Below the pieces are notes generated by a model, which did no database searches, was not told where the DNA came from, and worked only from the letters and a program-made list of their open reading frames with translations. Positions 25,025 to 38,412 of a stretch of DNA of 64,000 bases are shown one piece after another. Position numbers and translations under genes: made by a program. Source of the stretch: Octopus bimaculoides (taxonomy: Eukaryota); assembly GCF_001194135.2 (NCBI RefSeq), contig NC_068987.1:46141808-46205807 (forward strand), given 5' to 3'. Positions within the stretch are counted from its first letter, which is position 1, and every line of letters begins with the position of its first letter.

Positions 25025-25623
25025 NNNNNNNNNNNNNNNNNNNNNNNNNNNNNNNNNNNNNNNNNNNNNNNNNNNNNNNNNNNNNNNNNNNNNNNNNNNN
25101 NNNNNNNNNNNNNNNNNNNNNNNNNNNNNNNNNNNNNNNNNNNNNNNNNNNNNNNNNNNNNNNNNNNNNNNNNNNNNNNNNNNNNNNNNNNNNNNNNNNN
25201 NNNNNNNNNNNNNNNNNNNNNNNNNNNNNNNNNNNNNNNNNNNNNNNNNNNNNNNNNNNNNNNNNNNNNNNNNNNNNNNNNNNNNNNNNNNNNNNNNNNN
25301 NNNNNNNNNNNNNNNNNNNNNNNNNNNNNNNNNNNNNNNNNNNNNNNNNNNNNNNNNNNNNNNNNNNNNNNNNNNNNNNNNNNNNNNNNNNNNNNNNNNN
25401 NNNNNNNNNNNNNNNNNNNNNNNNNNNNNNNNNNNNNNNNNNNNNNNNNNNNNNNNNNNNNNNNNNNNNNNNNNNNNNNNNNNNNNNNNNNNNNNNNNNN
25501 NNNNNNNNNNNNNNNNNNNNNNNNNNNNNNNNNNNNNNNNNNNNNNNNNNNNNNNNNNNNNNNNNNNNNNNNNNNNNNNNNNNNNNNNNNNNNNNNNNNN
25601 NNNNNNNNNNNNNNNNNNNNNNN

Positions 25624-26214
25624 GTAAATTAATGTAAGCAGTAGGTTGCAATGTTTCACCAAAAAGGAGAATTATAATTATCACTAAATATGACTAGGGT
25701 GTTAAAAAAACAAATACATTGCTAAAAATAAGAGCTAAAATGCCCTCAAGCTATAGTTAACGCACATGAATGAAAGCATATACTAACAGGTACCATAATT
25801 GTTCGAAAAATACCGACCGAGAATTCTTAGACTGACGCGTCACTTTCGGCAATTTCTATTGCCTTTTCGGTGAAACATTGCAACCTGCTGTTTACATTAA
25901 TTTTGTGTATACACATTAGCGAATCGTTAATTCATCTATTAATTTGGATGGCGAAAACATATATGCTAATAGAGAAATAGATCCGGAAATAGCTGAACAC
26001 CGAGCTGGCTTAACTGATGATGGCAACAAAAATTGGCGAAACTATCGCGTCAGTCTAAGAATTCTCGGTCGGTATTTTCCGACAATTATGGTCCCTGTTA
26101 GTGTATGTTTTCATTCATGTGCGGTAACTACAGCTTTAGGGCATTTTAGCTTTTATTTCTAGCAATGTATTTGTTTTTTGACACCCTAGTCACATTTAGT
26201 GACAATTATAATTC
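25624..26214. mobile_element. Nested inverted-repeat element (A-B-A'-spacer-HHR-B') with hammerhead motif, probable Penelope pLTR derivative
   Basis: A 25626-25667 / A' 25862-25903; B 25669-25861 / B' 26022-26214. CTGATGA at 26014-26020, GAAA at 26038-26041, GUC at 26053-26055. Confidence 0.78.
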
Positions 26215-26237
26215 TACACACACACACACAGATATGT

Positions 26238-26402
26238 GCAAGAGTAAGCGTGGCTGTGTAGTAAGAAGCTTACTTCGCAACCACAGGGTTTGGAGTTCAG
26301 TCTCAATGCATGGCCTTGAGCAAGTGTCTTTTGCTATAGCCCCGAACTGACCAAAGCATTGTGAGTGGATTTGTTTGGTGGAAACTGAAAGAAGTCTGTC
26401 GT
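26238..26402 (+). mobile_element. SINE family B, 5' half
   Basis: GCGTGGCTGTGTAGTAAGAAGCTT...GACCAAAGCATTGTGAGTGGATTTG...GAAACTGAAAGAAG, followed by (TA)n. Confidence 0.85.
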
Positions 26403-27311
26403 ATATATATATATATATATATACTGTATACTGTTGTTTCTGGGAAGAATCNNNNNNNNNNNNNNNNNNNNNNNNNNNNNNNNNNNNNNNNNNNNNNNNN
26501 NNNNNNNNNNNNNNNNNNNNNNNNNNNNNNNNNNNNNNNNNNNNNNNNNNNTATCTTTACATACAATTGTACACATTCGCATATACATAGGTACATACGT
26601 AGCCTCGTGTATTCATTTACCTCTCACATATGCAAGCACACGTTCACATGTCCGCTTTCTGATTTTCTGATTCATTGTGTACCTAACGTCAGATATGGGA
26701 GCATTACACTACCGCGATTTGCATTTGTGATTTGGAGAATTACAGCAACTAATCAGAACTGAAGTGGCAATTAGTGTGGAAGGAACACTTCATAACCTAT
26801 AGATCACATGAATTAATTAATTCTAAACTAGAACATATTTGTATCTAATATGTAATTAAATACAGAATTAATTAATTCGCATGTTCTTTGCTGTGTTACA
26901 TTATATTTCTTGAAACACTAATTGCTAAATTAATTAGCGAGGATGTCTTAGAGCATCAACTCATCGCTGCATATATACATACAGCGATTAGTTAATTCTC
27001 TAAGGTACCGCATTCATTTTGACCGATTATTCACATGGGGACCAACAGTCGTTTTCAACCATTACAAATAAATTAAGTCATAGGAGTAAATCACGAGGTC
27101 TAATAAAGCGTGCGGTAGAAAAACCTCCCAATTTTTATACAACCATAGTTGTGGTGATGGTAAGTTACGGAGGTGGTAACGGGGTCTTCATTTAGCTGAT
27201 GTTTTATAGTTGTTTGCAGTTGCCATAATGGTTTAGAATACCGCACACAATGTGTTTGCAATTGAAAGCGTTTGTCAACCTGGAAGATTTTTTCTGTTGC
27301 ACCATGCATGG

Positions 27312-27358
<47 letters not shown>

Positions 27359-27569
27359 TTATTCAGTTTTATTTCAAAGTTTCTTATCAATAGAGAAAGA
27401 GCCGGTTTCTAATTTAGATCCAAGGCTCCTTCATTGGAATTTCAACATCAACAGGGTATTTTGTATGTATGTATGTATGTATGTATGTATGTATATGTGC
27501 AAATTTGTATGTTTTATTTTATATATGTATTCTCATGTATATAGTTGCATATCTAGACATGCTCATATA

Positions 27570-27800
27570 TATTTGAATGATAAACTTCTGGAAAATTTTA
27601 CAGACTTTTAAACTTCCAGTGATGGATTGGATCTGTAGTCTTCGGATCAACTTTCTCCCCTCTGGTTTTGAGAAACCTAATTTCTCAAGATTGGTATTTA
27701 AGCAGTGTGTTACATATCCCACTGCCCCAATAATTTCAGGTATAAACCTTAACTTGTAATTTGGATAGAATAATTGCAAATTTCTCAATAGTTCAGCGTA
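27570..27800 (-). mobile_element. C-terminal end of RLE-type (R4/Dong-like) LINE
   Basis: RNLQLFYPNYKLRFIPEIIGAVGYVTHCLNTNLEKLGF...LQIQSITGSLKVCKIFQKF; same subfamily style as 9820-10030. Confidence 0.7.
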
Positions 27801-27843
27801 GGCATTTTCTTTTTCGATCTTTTTTCAAATTTTTAGATGTATG

Positions 27844-27877
<34 letters not shown>

Positions 27878-28023
27878 TGTATGTGTGTATGTATGTATGT
27901 ATGTATGTGTGTATGTATGTATGTGTGTATGTATGTATGTATGTACGTATATATGTATGTGCACCACATATATAAATAATACATATATATGTGTATACGT
28001 ATATATATATGTTATATGATATA

Positions 28024-29279
28024 CAAGGGTTGGACAAAATAATGGAAACACATTAAAATTTCAAACAAATTTATTTAATATGGGGTAGGACCGCCTTTGG
28101 CAGTAATTACAGCTTTAACTCTACGAAGTATGGACTCGTACAAAGTTTGAATTGTTTCCAAAGGAATTTTTGTCCATTCTTCAGCTAAAACAATCTCCAG
28201 TTCTTGTATTGATGATGATGGAGGATATCGACTCCTAACTTGTTTTTCTTAAATGCACTATAAATGTTCAATAATATTGAGATCTGGGGACTGTGGTGGC
28301 CAGATAAGATGTTCAACTTCACTAGAATGTTCCTCGTGCCATTCAGTAACAACTTTAGTTGTGTGAATTGGTGCATTATCATCCTGAAAGATTGCATTTC
28401 CCTCCACAAACAGTTCCTCAAACATAGGATGAATTTGATCAGATAAAATGCTTAAACAGTCTTGACTATTAATTCTGTCATTAAGGGAAACCATTGGGCC
28501 GGCGGATTTCCAAGATATATCCCCCCACCCAGATCGTCGCAGATCCTCCTCCATGTTTAACAGTTGGAAGAAGGAAATCTGGGTCAAATGCTTCTTTTGG
28601 CTGTCTCCACATATATACTCGGTCGGTGGCCGGAAATAAGGTAAAGGATGACTCGTTTGAGAAAATAACATTCTTCCACTGCTCTAGGGATCAATTCTGT
28701 TGGTTTTTACTCCTCTCTAAACGCTTTGCAACATTTGCTTTTGAAAGTAGTGGTTTTCTGATTGCAGCCCTCCCGTGAAACCTGGCATTGTACAACTCCC
28801 GACGAACAATTTTTGTGGAAACTGAGTTCTCGAGGTGGTCGTTAAGCTCTGCAGTAATTTTGGGAGCTGTACTTTTGTGATCCTTTCTAACAATTCGCGT
28901 AAAAGTCCTAATTGGTTTACTTCTGAAGTTTTGTTTCAACGAGGAGGTTTTTCCCTCTTTTTCAAAGGCTGTCATTACTTTCGAGACAGTACTTCTTGAT
29001 ACACCAAACATTTCGGCTATTTTCGCTACGCTAGCACCTGCCATACAAGTACCAACAATTTGACCTCTTTGAAAGTCCGATTGATCTGTCATTTTAATGA
29101 ATTCTAATTACCTATTTCTGATAATATCTGAAAAGAATAGCAATTTTAGCAGAACATATTAAAAAGCACTAATAATAAATCAAAAACATAAAAATAAACA
29201 AACTTTTGACGGTTTCATAGATATTTCAAAATTAGGATGCTCTGATGCTAGGTGTTTCCATTATTTTGTCCAACCCCTG
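28024..29279 (-). mobile_element. Full-length (1256 bp) decayed Tc1-like transposon with 28-bp TIRs and TA TSD
   Basis: TA|CAAGGGTTGGACAAAATAATGGAAACAC ... GTGTTTCCATTATTTTGTCCAACCCCTG|TA. ORFs 28691-29092 (HTH) and 28258-28671 (QDDNAPIH, WPPQSPDLNIIEHL). Confidence 0.95.
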
Positions 29280-29569
29280 TATGTATATTAGAGGATGATG
29301 ATGATGATAATGATGATGATGATGTGTGTGTGTGTGTACAAGATTTTATATGTATATAATTCTTCTTATGAAGAATTAGCATCTAAAACGTTAAGACGCT
29401 TTCTCCTCCAGTTAAAACGTTAAGGAAGTAAACCAAGTGAAAGTATAACTAAAACTAAGTAGAAGTACATTAATTACAGAATATATATTGAAGTGTCGAC
29501 TTTTAGAGTTAAAAATCCTTGAAATTATATTATTTGTTGTGGGAATAGCAATATCAATAACCAATAGGA

Positions 29570-30150
29570 AAAGTTTTCATGACGAAAAGTATGAAAATTT
29601 AGACAAAACATCACACAAGTGGCTTCTTTTGAAATGATCGTAGGAGTTTGACCAATATTTGTGCTGAGGATTTTAAAGAAAATGTAGGTTTGGAGATTTC
29701 AGTATTATGTTTCAGAGATGTTTGGGTGAGTAGATTTATGCTATGCTATGAAAAAACAAAAAGAATGAAATTGGGCATTGCTGGCGAAGTCAATGAGCGT
29801 AGGGAAGCGACTATAAAGGAGGATAATATGACATTTGATGAACTTATCGAAGAATGAAACCTTAGAGCTGATCAAATGTACAACACCGACGAAGCTGACC
29901 TTTGTAGGAATTGATTAGCAACAGAATCGGTGAGAAGTTCCAGTGAAGCATGTGCTAGTGATTTCAAGCATAATAAAGAACAATTGACAATTCTTACATG
30001 TCCAAATACATCTAGCTAACAAAGGATGAAACTGCTAAATGATTGGTAAATTTCATCATTGCGGAATACCGAAGGAAATAATCCATTTGTCAGACTCTTT
30101 TATAAGATCCAAAATGATGGATGGGTTAAAAGCATTTTTCAAAATTGGTT
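29570..30150 (+). mobile_element. Decayed pogo/Tigger (Jerky-like) transposase fragment
   Basis: DQMYNTDEADL and KHNKEQLTILTCPNTS motifs in broken frames. Confidence 0.6.
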
Positions 30151-31764
30151 TGATCATCGATTTGAGACTTTTGTGACTTACTTTTTGATAACTGTAAAGT
30201 TCTTCATAAATCAAAGTGACTTTCATTTGTAAAAATATTTTTCGTTATCGTCCAAAGGTACTTCATAAATTACAATGGTCCAGAAAAATTATCCAGAATT
30301 TCAAATGATAAAAATAATTTTATAAAACATTCTATGCATCCATAAAAGCGTACGGAGCAGATATCCGTGTGTGTATATTCATGATTGTGGGTTCGATTCT
30401 TGACCTTGAACAAAAAACATCAGCGACTATTGGGAAGGAGTCTTTTAGCTCCATTAAGTTGAACGCAATAGAAACTTTGATAGGCAACGTCCATAGAATC
30501 AAGGATAAAGATGTTGATATTCGGTTAATCCAGAAAAGCGAGATGCAGAAATTTACTCCAACGAGGATAATGATGAAAACGAAGCAAATGAAAAAATGCT
30601 TGGTCTTCAGCTGACAACCTTTCTTTCATATTTTGAACACAACCCGATTTATTTATACAACATGTAACGCCAGTGAACATGTTTAAAAATACAAGGATCA
30701 TTACAACATGAAACTATATAAAATAAAGCGATATTAGAAAAATCAAGAAGTCCAATAAAAATACTGCATTCGTAGATCATGAATTTAAAATTGCTCTTCC
30801 AATTTTTTTTTTCTTTTTGACATTTATTTTTTTATAACTAAGGATCACATTTTATTAACGACATAGTTTTACATGAGAAAAGAAAGAAAAAATTAAAAGT
30901 ATCAGAGATAAATTTTTCGAGAAGAAACCCCGTAACTATCTCACCGAGGCGAGAAAGAGAAAACAAAAGGGCGCTAGAACTAAGCAGCAAAAGACGGGGG
31001 GGGGGGAGTAACAGGTTGTACAACCCAGACCAAACGGCGTGTCCAACCGCACCAGTTGAGAGAGGAAGCCAACCGCGCCGAGGATCCTTCTAATTATTAT
31101 CCTTAATTTGAAGATGTTCTTTTAACTTTTAATATTTGTTTTGCTTATTTATTCATTGTGCAAATTATTATATTAAACATTTACTCGATATTCACACGCA
31201 CACAGGCATATATATGCTTGTATTTTAAGTAACGGTGAAACTCGAAGTAAATTAAACTATAAATAATAGCATATAAAATATTAGGCTAAAAAATCCATTG
31301 TTGGAAAAACTGATGGTTGCTCGTAAGATTTGAACCTACATCTTCTGTAACCATAACACACACGCCAAGCATTATATCAAAGCAACCCTTTGAATTTTCT
31401 CCGTACTTTATACTTCCATTCAGTTTTCGCCATCCAAGGTGGGTATTTTTTCAACCTAACATTCTACATACTATCATTTATAGCTTTATCTATTTTCACT
31501 GTTAAAAATAATTTACATATTTCTAGAAATTTCTGAATACTTATAATATATATAGGTATGTGTGTGTGTACATATGTATATATGTACATTTATATGTATG
31601 TATGCATGTATGTAAGTAGATTGCTAGATAGGTTGATTGATAGATATGCATATTACGTTTTAAGAATGTTTTTCCTATTGCATACTCTATACTGCATTTC
31701 TGTTTATTAATCTCAATATATAACAGATCTGAATTCCAGACTTCATATGAATACAATTTATTAG

Positions 31765-31857
31765 GCAGGGACGAGAAACACCAGTATTATTCGCACTAAG
31801 CACACTAGTGGAGATCAGTTCACCAATGTGTTATGTGAAACGGTAGCACAGTCACAG
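31765..31857 (+). CDS. Weak candidate 93-nt exon (AGTRNTSIIRTKHTSGDQFTNVLCETVAQSQ)
   Basis: TTATTAG acceptor and CAG|GTACGT donor, one open frame. No homology; opposite strand to the other candidates. Confidence 0.15.
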
Positions 31858-32585
31858 GTACGTAAGCAGTACACCATTGCGGAGTGGAAAAGAAACCACT
31901 GAAATGATAAATCATTTGGTGGTGTAGGATTAGCAATTACTATTTGAATATAAATAGTGTAGCATACCAAAGACCATATAAGTTCATTAATTCTGTATCT
32001 AATAAAATATTTTAAATCATGACTAGGATTTCATAATATAATATTATGTTGCTTTCATACTAATTGCCATTTTAGTTCTAAATATTTACTGACGCCCTTC
32101 AAACTATTTCCATACAATGGTCTTTTATCCGCGATGATGCATGGTTCACTTGCCTCAGACAGTGCTACTGTAAGACATAAATAATTGCAGAACTGGTCCT
32201 TGCAAAGTGTGTTTAGTGCAAATAAATTTGGTGGATTCCATCTCTGCCTAATATATTATATTCAACTCATTAGGCCAGAGCTTGCCTCAGTTTCTGTGGT
32301 ATTTAGAGACTGAGAATAAAAGACTTCTCCAGAATGCGAGGCCAGTCTCTGGTCATGTTTACAACTAGCAACTGTTGCTGCAGTTGGTGATAGTTTTAAG
32401 CTGAGTGGACTGAAGCAACACAAAACGAAGTTTTTAATCAAGGAAACAACGAGCTGTGCGATCCACAAATCGAACCACATAACATTACTCTCATGAATTC
32501 AACATTCTAGCCACAAAGCTATGCGTTTTCTCATACCTACACACCTACACACGCACGCACACACACATACACGTACACACACACA

Positions 32586-32620
<35 letters not shown>

Positions 32621-32889
32621 GCACTAACACGCATAGATACGCGTATGTATGAGTGTGCGGGTTTGTGCACGTTTGTATGCATGGACACAAGCAACATTTT
32701 ACAGAAATGTAGACAAGCACAGTCATACAGTTGCCCAAAGCATTTTAAGAATACAATAGCACACAACTCATCCGCTCAAAAAAGAAAAAAACAAAGCAAA
32801 AAATAATCCGCCTACGTGAGAAAAACATAATTTGGTTTAATCCACCGTTCAGCAAAAAAGTTACAAGAGGTTGAAGTATTCCACCACCC

Positions 32890-33390
32890 AGTCAGGCTAA
32901 TTGTCCGGGCCAGCCTGACTACCTCTCTCCATCTCCCGATTTTCCATTAGTGATTTTTGGTCTTCAACTTGGCATCCAGTATCTTCTGTAACCTGTTGTA
33001 TATACGTCTTCCGAGGTTTTCCAACCGCTGTGGTACCATGATTTGGTATCCACAGCAACACATTACTCACAAGCTCTTCTCTACTTCTCCAGCAATGACC
33101 AGCAAACTTCAATCTCCGCTCTTGGATGTTTGATGAGAGAGTTGGTATCGTTGTTTTATTGGATGCAGCAATAACGTGTCCACTGAAAAAGATATTAAAT
33201 CTCGCGTTGCTAAGGCTTGGGCAGCTATAAACGGTCTTAGAACAATATGGAAGTCAACGCTACCAGATGAATTGAAGAGACATTTCTTCAGAGCAGTTGA
33301 ATCTGTGCTTGTATATGGATCTCCGACTTGGAGTCTCACCAGGAGACTCAGGTGCATGCTGGAAGGTGCCTACACCAGAATGATGAAATA
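32890..33390. mobile_element. RTE-type LINE 3' fragment with 5' inversion
   Basis: 32890-33165 (minus): IPTLSSNIQERRLKFAGHCWRSREE...GKPRKTYIQQV. 33166-33385 (plus): STEKDIKSRVAKAWAA...ESVLVYGS.TW...YTRMM. Confidence 0.82.
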
Positions 33391-34107
33391 CAGATGCGAG
33401 TTATTCTACAAAATCTATAACAAAAAATAGTCTTGTAACGTAACAATAGAATCATTCAGTGCAATATAAGCAGAATAATCAAAAGAGGAGATTAATCTCT
33501 AACTATCGATCTGACGAGCCGCGTCTCTTGAATATCTAAGAAATATTGAAAATGATGTTACAACAACTGAAAATATGTTGTACTATATCTACAGAAAATT
33601 AGTTCAAGAGCTAACTATATTTATACGAGATAGACTGTGCGATATTGGTACACCCCGTCTTATTTTCCTTTAACTTCGAGGTGATGTAACATTTATCTTT
33701 ATATATATTGCAAAGAGCTTACGTATTAATAGAGTCGATCTAATGCAAACAAATTACAAAAAAGCTTTTATTACTCTTGGAGCATGCACCTCAATCACAC
33801 ACACTCACGTATATATNNNNNNNNNNNNNNNNNNNNNNNNNNNNNNNNNNNNNNNNNNNNNNNNNNNNNNNNNNNNNNNNNNNNNNNNNNNNNNNNNNNN
33901 NNNNNNNNNNNNNNNNNNNNNNNNNNNNNNNNNNNNNNNNNNNNNNNNNNNNNNNNNNNNNNNNNNNNNNNNNNNNNNNNNNNNNNNNNNNNNNNNNNNN
34001 NNNNNNNNNNNNNNNNNNNNNNNNNNNNNNNNNNNNNNNNNNNNNNNNNNNNNNNNNNNNNNNNNNNNNNNNNNNNNNNNNNNNNNNNNTATATATACAT
34101 ACATACA

Positions 34108-34143
<36 letters not shown>

Positions 34144-34383
34144 CACGTATACATATGTATGTATGTATGTTTGTATTTATGTATGCTCCAGAAGCTAATA
34201 GAAAAACGCCCGGATGGTGGTGTTTCCACTGGTAACAATTTTAAGATATCTTAATAACAGCGTTGAGTTGTTGTAGGAAAGAATTAGATATTCACGGGAA
34301 GAAACCAAAACACATAACATCTAATGCCATCTAAATAATAATGATACTAACAATAACAACAATAATAATACTAATGATGATGA

Positions 34384-37375
34384 TTTCTTTTATTTGCCAC
34401 CAGGGCGAAAGATGAAAGGGACAATACAAAGATAGACATAAAGTGTGGGGGTTTAGATATGAAAGAATAATTAAAAAAGATATACACGGTATACATTAGA
34501 AGGGAAATATAGTACACGACACCAGAAGAAGAAGGAGAAAAAAGTGATAATGATGGGTCTCCCTAAAACAGATGGACCTCTAGGGATAATCGAGGAACTC
34601 CATCATCCAAGATCACCCTGAACATCAAGGACGAGTGCCTTCTCCAACTCCTTTCTTCCGACTCAAGTCTTGCCATTTTCGCAACTTTCAAGTACCTTTT
34701 CATAAATTCACTTGAGGACAACACCTCCATCTCCACCCTCACTTTCCTTTTCNNNNNNNNNNNNNNNNNNNNNNNNNNNNNNNNNNNNNNNNNNNNNNNN
34801 NNNNNNNNNNNNNNNNNNNNNNNNNNNNNNNNNNNNNNNNNNNNNNNNNNNNNNNNNNNNNNNNNNNNNNNNNNNNNNNNNNNNNNNNNNNNNNNNNNNN
34901 NNNNNNNNNNNNNNNNNNNNNNNNNNNNNNNNNNNNNNNNNNNNNNNNNNNNNNNNNNNNNNNNNNNNNNNNNNNNNNNNNNNNNNNNNNNNNNNNNNNN
35001 NNNNNNNNNNNNNNNNNNNNNNNNNNNNNNNNNNNNNNNNNNNNNNNNNNNNNNNNNNNNNNNNNNNNNNNNNNNNNNNNNNNNNNNNNNNNNNNNNNNN
35101 NNNNNNNNNNNNNNNNNNNNNNNNNNNNNNNNNNNNNNNNNNNNNNNNNNNNNNNNNNNNNNNNNNNNNNNNNNNNNNNNNNNNNNNNNNNNNNNNNNNN
35201 NNNNNNNNNNNNNNNNNNNNNNNNNNNNNNNNNNNNNNNNNNNNNNNNNNNNNNNNNNNNNNNNNNNNNNNNNNNNNNNNNNNNNNNNNNNNNNNNNNNN
35301 NNNNNNNNNNNNNNNNNNNNNNNNNNNNNNNNNNNNNNNNNNNNNNNNNNNNNNNNNNNNNNNNNNNNNNNNNNNNNNNNNNNNNNNNNNNNNNNNNNNN
35401 NNNNNNNNNNNNNNNNNNNNNNNNNNNNNNNNNNNNNNNNNNNNNNNNNNNNNNNNNNNNNNNNNNNNNNNNNNNNNNNNNNNNNNNNNNNNNNNNNNNN
35501 NNNNNNNNNNNNNNNNNNNNNNNNNNNNNNNNNNNNNNNNNNNNNNNNNNNNNNNNNNNNNNNNNNNNNNNNNNNNNNNNNNNNNNNNNNNNNNNNNNNN
35601 NNNNNNNNNNNNNNNNNNNNNNNNNNNNNNNNNNNNGAGCAGGTGCCGCTGTGAATTTCAGCAATCCAGGTCCGGAACCGGTCGCTTTAAGGACGGCTTC
35701 CAAGTATCGATGGTCGACACAATCGAAAGCTTTCGACTGATCTAAATTGATCAGGGCTCCACCGAAGTCAGCGTTAATGCCAGCCCTTTCTTCGATGTAT
35801 CGCATAATATGGAGGTTGTGGACATACCTGCTTGGGATTGCGCACGTTTGTGCCTCCCCGACCAGACTACCGACGACAAGCGCCAAACTTTTCACTAACA
35901 CCTTGGTCAAAATCTTAATCTCTGTTTAGCAGTTATGGGCCGAAAATTCACTAGTACTTCCCCATTGTCGACGTCTTTTCTCAGTAGTGTCACCACACCC
36001 CAGCTAACAGTACTAGGAATTCACCCGTTCTGCTGGTGAGGCTACCAAACAAATTTGGCATGAAAACAGAATTCGTAGGGTAGACCATCCAAACCGGGCG
36101 ATTTGCGACTTGTGCAATCGCGCATCGCCTCCCGTATTTCAGTGGCTGTGATTGGCTTTTCGTAGAATATCACGTCCGTTACTGTGGGCCGTGATACGCC
36201 GTCCAGGTACGAAGTAAAGTCCGCTACCGTCGTCGACCAATCACCTCCCCAAACAGCGTCGCAAAGTGCTGCTGAAAAGCCGCACATATCTGCTCAGAAC
36301 CAAATAGCACGCATCCGTCCTGATTCAACAAAGACTTGATCGTAGTTTTGTTTCCACGTCGCGTCTCTACCGTTCGGGCCCGTCGGACGGCTTTAATTCC
36401 TTCGTGTTTTAGCGCACGGGCCTTAACTCTGACAACACACCCTTCGTGTTTCACCTCAAAGAAATAGTAAAGGGTCATTCTCGTCGCTAACACGTCGGTC
36501 GCGATGCCTTTACTAATAATCTCTTCTAGTTTGCTAACTAGTTCTCCCTCTAGTCTATCGATTCTACTCTAATCGCTCTCTTCAGAGCGATCCACCACTA
36601 GTTGTTGACGATAGCCCCCATCAACTGCCGCTTAATGAGTTCGCTAATCCAGTCCCTGTAATCTTTGCGAGCCGGTAAGGACGCATTCAACTTCCAGTAA
36701 CCGGGTCCCTGTCTATGGGGCCAATCTAAACCGACTGTGCATATTACAAATTTGTGATCTGTGCACCTATCCTCTGACCTAACAAATACTCTATCTAAAT
36801 ACGATCTAGATGACCCGTTGAGGTTGTTCCATGTTCACACTAGCACATCAAGGAAATCCGTTGGTACCTGTCAGAAAACTGGAAAGTCCTGAGCAGGTTT
36901 TCGAAGCTTTTACACTCCCTTCTGCTATGTACTAAACTCACACAGTCCTTTAGTGCGTCCGAAATATTATTCCAGTCCCCCACCAATACTAAAGCGCGAG
37001 ACGTTCTCAAGAATGTTTCTAGACACATGAAAAAATCTGGCCTCCCAGTCCCTTCGCTGCCATTCACGTCCAGGACCACTACCCTACCATCCGGGTCCAG
37101 GAAGATAGCCCGAACTTGGAGATCTAAGGATTTCCGGAGTAGCACTGCTACGCCGCCACCCGCTCCCGATAGACCACAAGATGAGAATACCTTGTAATCC
37201 TCAAAAATGGATGGCAGAGCGTGTTTTCTGGAAATCCTTGTTTCACTAATGGCAGCCACATCTAAATCAAACGACCTGAGATCATTGAGCAAGTGACCTT
37301 GCTTCCAAGCTGATCCCAGGCCACGCACATCCACACACCTCATTCTCAGCACAGTCATGCTAGTCGGAGAAAGAA
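34384..37375 (-). mobile_element. Tx1/L1-clade LINE ORF2 (APE endonuclease plus RT) with 3' UTR, decayed, partly in gap
   Basis: ORF 36840-37358 is APE-like (VRGL...DVAAISETR, GGGVAVLL, LVLVGDWN). RT region SRKSPGLDGLPYEF and ALINLDQSKAFDCVDHRYL. 3' end GGCAAATAAAAG followed by (ATC/ATT)n. Confidence 0.88.
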
Positions 37376-38319
37376 AATGAGGAGGTTACTAACCTTGATT
37401 TTCGAGAAGCTCAGAAGTTCCGAGTATCTCTACTGGCGAAGATTTTTTAAAAGGCTCCTCCAACAACCTTTTATCAACTGATTTTTATTTTAATCCCCAC
37501 ACTACATGGAAATTTTTCTCTTATAATTTTATAAACGTCTGACGACGTTTTAATTAAAATTCTGTCCCTGGGGGTTTTGAGGATGAAATCCTCAAATTCC
37601 TTTCCCTCTGTCTCTATTTTGTTTTTGTTTTGACTTACAAAATACATCGATTGATTGATGCACTAGTTCACAAGTGAAATTGATGGATACATTTCGTCTA
37701 CAGTCTGATGAATAGTCTTGTTTTTGAAGTTCAGTAATTGTTTGTTTCTGTGTATCTGTGATTTCATGCCATAGTTGTTGATGATGTTGCTGTTTTTGAA
37801 GTTGTCCTTTATTCTTGTTGTTTTTGTTGGAGTGGTTGTGAATTGTGTTGCAGTTGTGGTTTCAGTATATCCTTTTGTTGAGTCCTTGGAGTAGGGTTAT
37901 GTACTCTCCTCCTCATTCACCTTCCCGCTTTTGTCACTGCGATCCATTGATCGTTCAGCTCTTCTTTCTCCATGTCATTGCAGTTGATGTTGGTCTGGGA
38001 GGTTGCTTTTCCGTGGCAACTGGAGGTAGACTCCTTCTTGGTTTGGGAGTGGGTGTGTGCGTTGGTGTGGGTGTAGGTGTAGAAGTCTTGAGCACTTGTT
38101 CATGATTTTGCGTCTGTGGTGTTTGTAGTGCTGGTAGCAGTGGGAGTTTATTTTTTCTTGCTTTAGGGCTGGAAGGCTACCCTTCTCCGATTCCTTTATA
38201 TATTTTTTCTTGCCATTTAAAAATCTTCTTTGTCTGTGCGAAAATTTTCCATATTTCTCGTTACAAACGCAAAAGAAGCGGAGGCGATATTCGCGTTTCT
38301 ATGTTTCTTTTCTTTCGTA

Positions 38320-38412
38320 TTGTTGTTGCTGTTGTTATTGTTGTTGTTGTTGTCGTCGTTGTTGTTATTGTTATCACTGCTGCTACGGTTGCTGTTGTTG
38401 TTATTGTCGTTG
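38320..38412. repeat. (TTG/CTG/TCG)n compound trinucleotide repeat
   Basis: Direct inspection. Confidence 0.9.

Noticed and set aside
30838-31090. GC-richer block with AATAAA on the minus strand resembling a non-LTR 3' UTR
   Set aside because: No coding remnant or second copy in the window to assign it.
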